The notes under the pieces are model-generated. The model saw nothing but the letters and a program-made list of their open reading frames with translations, was not told the DNA's origin and ran no database searches. Positions 58,572 to 64,000 of a stretch of 64,000 bases of DNA are shown one piece after another. The stretch lies in contig JAMPIM010000001.1 of NCBI GenBank assembly GCA_023662705.1, forward strand, positions 32,216 to 96,215, given 5' to 3'. Both the position numbers and the translations under genes were made by a program. The stretch's first letter is position 1, and every line of letters begins with the position of its first letter. The DNA comes from Candidatus Gastranaerophilales bacterium. GTDB taxonomy: Bacteria; Cyanobacteriota; Vampirovibrionia; Gastranaerophilales; Gastranaerophilaceae.

Positions 58572-60941
58572 ATGGATAACTTGGAGCAGGTCAAAAAGGC
58601 TGTAGAGATTGAGGTAAAACATAAATATATCAATATCAACGGAAAAAGCCGAAACTTTTCTTCGTTTATTTGTTCTGTTTTGAGAAAAGAAATCAAACTC
58701 TATCCTGATAATCCAAAATGGAAAGTGCTTCTTGAGCACTTTGAACGCTATCACATGGAAACAGTGCCTTCTCGCAAAAAATCTTTGGAGAGACTTGTGT
58801 CTGTTATAAAAGCCCAATATCTTGCACCGCCTGAACCTGAACAACCGACTGAAAAGAAACCGTTTTCGGGTTTGGATGTGATGTATATAAAAGGTGTAGG
58901 TCCAAAAATAGCTTATATGCTTAATAAGCTCGGGATTTATACGGCGAGTGATTTGCTGTATTATTTTCCGCGCAAGCACATCGATTATTCAACCAGAACC
59001 CGTATTCGGGATTTGGAAGAAGGAATGACTACAACAATTTTTGGAACAATTAAATCTGTTGAGGCATTCACAACAAAGAGCAACCTCGGGGTTATTAAGG
59101 TTAAAATTGCAGACGGTTCGGGGAGTATTAACTTAAGCTTTTTTGCATCTAAATCTTCAAAATTTGTGCTTGAGAGAATGAAATCGCAGTTTCCGAAAGG
59201 TTCGGGAATAATGGTTTCGGGAGTTGTTAAACTTAATTCTTATGACGGACGTTTAACTCTGGATAAACCGACTTATTCTATAATGGATGATGAGGCGCTT
59301 GCTCCATCTAATTTGAATCTGGCTAGAATTGTTCCGATTTACCCCCTTAGTGAAAATCTGAGTATTAAGACTTTGCGTAAAGCTATTAACAGTGTTTTGG
59401 AAACATATAGTGAAGAGATTGAGACTGTGCTGCCTGAATTTCTTCTCAAAAAATATAATATTATGGAAAAACGCGAAGCTTTAAGACAGATTCATTTTCC
59501 TGATACCAAAGAAAAACTTGATATTGCAAGGTTTTCGCTTGTGTTTGAAGAATTCTTTTTAATCCAGTTAAAACTTGCATTATTGCGTGAAGAAAATAAT
59601 AAAAACCTTGCTTCAATTCCTCTAGAAATCAAGAAAGATGGTCTTGTAATGAATTTTATTAATTCTTTGCCGTTTAAACTTACAGGGGCTCAGCAAAGAG
59701 CTGTTAATGAGATTTTAGCGGATTTGAATTCTACTAAACCAATGCAAAGACTTCTTCAAGGTGATGTTGGGAGCGGGAAAACGGTTGTTGCAACAATTAT
59801 GCTTCTTGCAGCGATTGAAAACGGATATCAGGCAGCGATTATGGCGCCTACAGAAATCCTTGCGCAGCAGCATTACAATAATATGTTTAAATGGCTTAAT
59901 CCGTTAGGAATAAGAGTTGAATTGTTTTTGGGAAGTATTGGTAAAAAACGGCGTCAGATTTCTGAAACGAATCTTAGAAACGGTCAGGTTGATATTGCAG
60001 TTGGTACGCATGCTTTGATTCAAAACAGTGTTGAGTTTGCAAACCTCGGGGCGGTTGTTATTGATGAACAGCACAGATTCGGGGTTAAACAGCGTCTTGC
60101 TTTGCGTAAAAAATCACAGAGCCCTCAGGTTTTGACAATGACAGCAACTCCGATTCCGAGAACTTTGGCGATTACAATGAACGGTGATTTGGATTTGACT
60201 ATTATTGACGAACTTCCAAACGGCAGGAAGCCGATTCTTACTTATATGACAAATTCGCGCAAACAGATTGCGGATTTGATTCGACGCGAAGTTGCAGAAG
60301 GACGGCAAGCTTATATTGTTTATCCGCTGATTGAAGAGAGTGAAACTCTTTCTGCTAAAGCTGCTACTGCCGAAAAAGAAAAATGGGAGACAGAAGTTTT
60401 TCCTGAATACAAAATCGGACTTTTGCACGGCAAGCTCAAAAATGATGAAAAAGAAGATGTAATGGCGAAATTCAAAAACAAAGAATATGATATTCTTGTT
60501 TCGACAACTGTAGTGGAAGTCGGGGTTGATGTTCCGAATGCAACGGTTATTGTTATAGAAAATGCCGAACGATTCGGGCTTTCACAGCTGCATCAGCTTC
60601 GCGGACGTGTCGGCAGAAGCGATTTGCAGTCGTATTGTTTATTATCTTCAGGAACAAAATCCCAAGAAACCCGCGCACGTTTAGAGATTATGACTCAAAC
60701 GAATGACGGTTTTGTTATTGCGGAAAAAGATTTACAAATCCGCGGCCCCGGAGAGTTTTTGGGAACACGTCAGAGCGGACTGCCTGATATGATTATTGCA
60801 GATATTGTGAATGATTCAAAAATTCTTGAGCAGGCACGAAGCGAAGCTATTAGTTTCGTTAAAAACTATAATATCGAAGACTATCCGTTATTAAAAGAAT
60901 CCAAAGGCTTGAACTTTGACGGGGATATTTTTAACAGTTAA
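58572..60941 (+). CDS. recG: ATP-dependent DNA helicase RecG
   Basis: Wedge domain, Walker A GDVGSGKTVVA, DEQHRFGV, C-terminal helicase motifs. 789 aa. Confidence 0.9.
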   Translation: MDNLEQVKKAVEIEVKHKYININGKSRNFSSFICSVLRKEIKLYPDNPKWKVLLEHFERYHMETVPSRKKSLERLVSVIKAQYLAPPEPEQPTEKKPFSGLDVMYIKGVGPKIAYMLNKLGIYTASDLLYYFPRKHIDYSTRTRIRDLEEGMTTTIFGTIKSVEAFTTKSNLGVIKVKIADGSGSINLSFFASKSSKFVLERMKSQFPKGSGIMVSGVVKLNSYDGRLTLDKPTYSIMDDEALAPSNLNLARIVPIYPLSENLSIKTLRKAINSVLETYSEEIETVLPEFLLKKYNIMEKREALRQIHFPDTKEKLDIARFSLVFEEFFLIQLKLALLREENNKNLASIPLEIKKDGLVMNFINSLPFKLTGAQQRAVNEILADLNSTKPMQRLLQGDVGSGKTVVATIMLLAAIENGYQAAIMAPTEILAQQHYNNMFKWLNPLGIRVELFLGSIGKKRRQISETNLRNGQVDIAVGTHALIQNSVEFANLGAVVIDEQHRFGVKQRLALRKKSQSPQVLTMTATPIPRTLAITMNGDLDLTIIDELPNGRKPILTYMTNSRKQIADLIRREVAEGRQAYIVYPLIEESETLSAKAATAEKEKWETEVFPEYKIGLLHGKLKNDEKEDVMAKFKNKEYDILVSTTVVEVGVDVPNATVIVIENAERFGLSQLHQLRGRVGRSDLQSYCLLSSGTKSQETRARLEIMTQTNDGFVIAEKDLQIRGPGEFLGTRQSGLPDMIIADIVNDSKILEQARSEAISFVKNYNIEDYPLLKESKGLNFDGDIFNS

Positions 60942-61007
60942 AAATCTCATCTATTTGGATGTTATTTTGCATGCCGACTTTCCATACAATAGAATCGGGA
61001 GAGGAAT

Positions 61008-61778
61008 ATGCAAATTAACTCAAATATTGAGAAAAATTTGGCTAAAGCCATAAATAAGGTAACTTTACCTAAAAAATCACGTTCATACGAATTGTGTGTT
61101 AAGGCTGATGCTTTGAGATTTGCAAAATCTTACCGCGAATCCGTTAAGTATTACCTCGATTCAATTATGATGGATAGAGAACATCAGGAAGCTTATTGGG
61201 GCTTGGCAATTTCTTATAAGTATTTGACTGAATATGAAAAAGCTATAAAAACTCTTGTTAAGTTAACTGAATTGGATGACAAGAATGATAAATATTTCTT
61301 TGAACTCGGAGTTTGTCATCTTTCAAACGGATATCCTGCGGAAGCTATTCCTTGCTTAATAAAAGCGATTATTATTAATAAAGAGAATTTAGAAGCGCAA
61401 ATCCAATTGGCAATTGCACATGAGCTTGTTGAAGAAACTGATTTGTCGTTGATGATTTATAACAAACTTATTGAAACAAATCCTGAATTTTTGAAAGCAT
61501 ATTATAACAAAGGCGCAATGTTGATGGGTATGGGCGATTTTACGGAAGCTTCAAAAACATTCTTCCAGCTAATCAAACGTAACCCTGATTATTATAAAGC
61601 TTATATTGGCATTGCTATGAGTTTTGACAAACTTGGACGTTACAGCGATGCAATAAGATACTATAAAAAGTTTTTGGAACTCAAACAGTTCTCCGAAGAT
61701 GCTGTTTTTGCACGTGAGAGAATTTCAGAGTTAAGAGAAATGATTTCGGGCAGAGAAAATAACTTAACCTTGGTTTAG
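61008..61778 (+). CDS. tetratricopeptide-repeat protein
   Basis: TPR units throughout. Confidence 0.6.
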   Translation: MQINSNIEKNLAKAINKVTLPKKSRSYELCVKADALRFAKSYRESVKYYLDSIMMDREHQEAYWGLAISYKYLTEYEKAIKTLVKLTELDDKNDKYFFELGVCHLSNGYPAEAIPCLIKAIIINKENLEAQIQLAIAHELVEETDLSLMIYNKLIETNPEFLKAYYNKGAMLMGMGDFTEASKTFFQLIKRNPDYYKAYIGIAMSFDKLGRYSDAIRYYKKFLELKQFSEDAVFARERISELREMISGRENNLTLV

Positions 61779-62327
61779 TTTGTTGTAGTTATCTAAGTAA
61801 ATCTGTGCCATTTTAGTTTTACCCAGGCTTTTGTAAGTGTATGCAAGATTGTAATGAAATTCCGCAACATCGTTTTTTAGGGTTACAGCCTGTTGAAAAG
61901 CGGAGCGAGCTTTCTTTACTTCTCCGAGTTTAAGATATGCACAGCCTAAGTTGTAGAAAACATAAGGGTTTTCTTTGTTTAAAGATACTGCTTTTTTGTA
62001 GTTTTCTACAGCCATATTGTATCTTTCATCTGCAAGGTATAGGTTTGCAAGATTATAATAGGCTTTATAGTATTTTTTATCGGTGTTGATTGCTTTTTGG
62101 TACATAAAAATTGCGTTAGATTTTTCGCCTTTTTCATCAAGCAGGTTGCCGAGAAGAAGCCAATCTTGCGCTGAGCGTTCGTTTTCATCGATTTGAAGAA
62201 GCAAATCCATGGTTTTATTGTGATTATTGTCACTGTAAAACGCGGTTGCCTGTTTTGACAGCTCTTCATTTGCAAAACACCCGTTTACTCCCAAAAATAA
62301 AACTAATAATAAAGCTAATCTTTTCAT
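61764..62327 (-). CDS. secreted TPR-repeat protein
   Basis: Signal peptide MKRLALLLVLFLGVNGCFA, then TPR units. Confidence 0.6.
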   Translation of the reverse strand: MKRLALLLVLFLGVNGCFANEELSKQATAFYSDNNHNKTMDLLLQIDENERSAQDWLLLGNLLDEKGEKSNAIFMYQKAINTDKKYYKAYYNLANLYLADERYNMAVENYKKAVSLNKENPYVFYNLGCAYLKLGEVKKARSAFQQAVTLKNDVAEFHYNLAYTYKSLGKTKMAQIYLDNYNKLNQG

Positions 62328-62425
62328 AACAGAATTTTATTTTAAAAGGGGTAAAATTTCAACCGCATTACCCCTATACATATAATCCCCTTTTTGCTAC
62401 GATTATTGCAAAAGGAGAGTTTGAG

Positions 62426-63412
62426 ATGCTTCAAAAAACAATACAGGTAATGGAATGTTCCAGAATTTTTTCTTTACCGATGTCAATTTTGTCGTGGCTG
62501 GCAATTTTTACTTATGCAATGATTGATTCGGGTAATCTTTGGTATGGAGTTCTTGCACTTGTTGGGATTTGTTTGGTGCATTTGGGGACGAATCTTGTTG
62601 ATGATTTTTTTGACTATAAAGCATTAATCAAACAAGTTGATTTTGATAAAGCCGAGTATCTCAAAAACTCTCAAAAGACTAAATGCCGTTATCTTATTAA
62701 CGGTGTTATGAAGGAGTCTGATATTCTTTTACTGTCAGGCGGGTATTTTCTTGCTGCATTATTAATTGGAATGTTTCTTTTCTTCAAATGCGGTAACGGA
62801 ATCTTATATTTTATGATGGCAGGTGCAGTGATTGCTCTTATTTATCCTTTTGTATCAAGAATTTGTTTGTCAGAGCTTGCTGTCGGGCTTGCTTACGGGC
62901 CTGCTTTGTTTGGCGGGGTTTATTATGTGATGACGGGAACTTATTCGAAAGATGTCTTTTTGATTTCCATTCCTACGATGATAATGACGATTGTCCTGCT
63001 TTATGTTCATACGGTTATGGATTATGAATACGACAGCAATGAAGGTAAAAGAACCGTTGCAAACAGTTTTGACTCACCGCTTGATTCATTAATAATCTTA
63101 AAAATATTTTTAATTCTTGCTTATATTGCACCAATTATTTTATGTGTTTTTGATATAGTTGATTGGCAGATTTTCCTTGTATATTTAACGATTCCTCTAG
63201 CTGTTGATTTGTATAAATCTATGAGCGAATTTGCCTGCAATCCTGATTCTGTTCCTGAGAGAAAATGGTATCATTTCCCGATGGAGAATTTTGCAAAACT
63301 GGTTGAACGCGGTGAAGCAGGATTTATGATGCGAATGTATCAAGCACGAAATTTAATGATTTATTTCACACTGTTTTTTGTTGTTGGAATAATTTTGTCA
63401 TTAGCTTTATAA
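62426..63412 (+). CDS. UbiA-family aromatic prenyltransferase (membrane)
   Basis: About 8 TM. Asp-rich motif NLVDDFFDY. SD AAAGGAGAG upstream. A terminator follows at 63413-63443. Confidence 0.55.
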   Translation: MLQKTIQVMECSRIFSLPMSILSWLAIFTYAMIDSGNLWYGVLALVGICLVHLGTNLVDDFFDYKALIKQVDFDKAEYLKNSQKTKCRYLINGVMKESDILLLSGGYFLAALLIGMFLFFKCGNGILYFMMAGAVIALIYPFVSRICLSELAVGLAYGPALFGGVYYVMTGTYSKDVFLISIPTMIMTIVLLYVHTVMDYEYDSNEGKRTVANSFDSPLDSLIILKIFLILAYIAPIILCVFDIVDWQIFLVYLTIPLAVDLYKSMSEFACNPDSVPERKWYHFPMENFAKLVERGEAGFMMRMYQARNLMIYFTLFFVVGIILSLAL

Positions 63413-63442
63413 AAAAGGCGGGAACAAATCCCGCCTTTTATG

Positions 63443-64000
63443 TTATACAACTATATGAACTCCTTCGACTTCTTTTGAATTCCTTATTTTATCTTCAGTT
63501 ACAGAAGTAGAATCTGCAAAAATGATGTGTGGAGTTTTAGAGTCTAAATGGACTCTTTCTTTGAATGCATTTTGAATTTGATCAGCAAGTCTTTGAGGGA
63601 AGTTTGCAAGGAATGTTCCTTGTTTAACTTCGTCTGCAAAACTGTAAAGAGCTTGCGGTTCTCCTACATCTTCCCATTTTTTAACCACTTTAACATCAGC
63701 GCCTTCTGAGGAGTCTATTCCAAACCACTCTGGAAGTTGGCTATGAACATATTTAACTGCGTTTGCAAAGTCGTAAGGTTCAGAATCGTTCTTTTTAATA
63801 TTATTAACTCCGCCTTTTATTTCTTCGATTAGGTGGGTCATTGCTTCTTTGCTTAAATAGAATAATCCAGTGTTTGCAATGTTTTGACCACCGATTGCTA
63901 GCTTTTCAGCTTCTTCTATTGGAGGTTTTTCACTAAAACCTTTTAGTTTCAATGCTTCGTCATTAATATCACCTTCGCACTCAAGTACGCCGAATCGGTT
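63443..64000 (-). CDS. sugar-phosphate nucleotidyltransferase (mannose-1-phosphate guanylyltransferase-like); partial, with the N-terminus outside the window
   Basis: The ORF stays open to the window edge. Its FSEKPP and KKWEDVGEP motifs resemble the FVEKP and W-x-DVGSW motifs of ManC/GMP-type nucleotidyltransferases. Confidence 0.5.
   Translation of the reverse strand, partial: NRFGVLECEGDINDEALKLKGFSEKPPIEEAEKLAIGGQNIANTGLFYLSKEAMTHLIEEIKGGVNNIKKNDSEPYDFANAVKYVHSQLPEWFGIDSSEGADVKVVKKWEDVGEPQALYSFADEVKQGTFLANFPQRLADQIQNAFKERVHLDSKTPHIIFADSTSVTEDKIRNSKEVEGVHIVV

Noticed and set aside
10273-61040. A shared N-terminal M-x-I-N-N-I-x-N/T motif in four proteins (ORFs at 10273, 21456, 25649, 61008). 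It resembles the flagellin MRINHNI start, which could hint at a secretion signal.
   Set aside because: A/U-rich AAT/ATA/AAA codons after ATG are expected in an AT-rich genome and are favoured for initiation. Only the 21456/25649 pair shows similarity beyond the N-terminus. The motif is treated as compositional.
52996-63443. Near-identical terminator hairpins AAAAGGCGGGA...TCCCGCCTTTT at 52996-53025 and 63413-63443, as a possible mobile repeat.
   Set aside because: They are short GC-clamp intrinsic terminators between convergent genes. The loops differ, and the similarity is limited to a generic GGCGGGA/TCCCGCC stem.
1-64000. CRISPR arrays, integrases, transposases or prophage modules.
   Set aside because: No regularly spaced direct-repeat array, IS-like inverted-repeat-bounded ORF or phage structural gene was seen. 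Repeats found are the 3'-UTR element family and the XRE operator-like array only.

Overview
This window is a 64 kb chromosomal segment of an AT-rich bacterium (mid-30s % GC by eye). It is dense with genes and carries no obvious prophage, integron or CRISPR array. The first 10 kb is a chemotaxis/flagellar supercluster. It begins with a partial CheY-like response regulator on the minus strand at the window edge. An MCP gene, a CheA-CheY hybrid kinase and fliF-fliG-fliH-fliI follow. An Sfp-type phosphopantetheinyl transferase sits where fliJ is normally found. The rest is mostly housekeeping: malQ, rsmI, mnmG, coaBC, coaD, murF, mnmE, hom-thrC-proB, alaS, recG, rpoD-like sigma, rseP, nadA and bcp. 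It also holds a type IV pilus pilMN-pilO fragment, a CheR-like methyltransferase and three tRNAs (Ser-GCT, Ala-TGC, Asn-GTT). The two tRNAs I checked (Ala, Asn) share a conserved promoter block. Non-obvious items: (1) A candidate type I toxin-antitoxin locus lies between proB and alaS. It pairs a 27-aa hydrophobic peptide ORF that has a consensus SD with a convergent, promoter-plus-terminator-defined antisense sRNA of about 105 nt. (2) A near-perfect sigma-28 (FliA) promoter drives a short transcript with a 51-aa ORF between rsmI and tRNA-Ser. (3) A GC-rich element of 55-100 nt recurs immediately after stop codons of at least three genes. (4) Four phased 15-bp direct repeats fill the divergent promoter between an XRE regulator and a GT2 glycosyltransferase. 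(5) An orphan CpaE/TadZ-like REC-MinD ATPase is followed by a membrane protein and a BepA-like M48 pseudo-protease, flanked by paralogous secreted proteins. (6) An HCP (prismane) homolog has lost its cluster-ligating cysteines and sits next to a stand-alone HNH protein and tRNA-Asn. (7) Two ribbon-helix-helix paralogs are present. Coordinates were hand-counted from the printed sequence. Gene starts were adjusted to SD-supported ATGs where the ORF track clearly over-extended.
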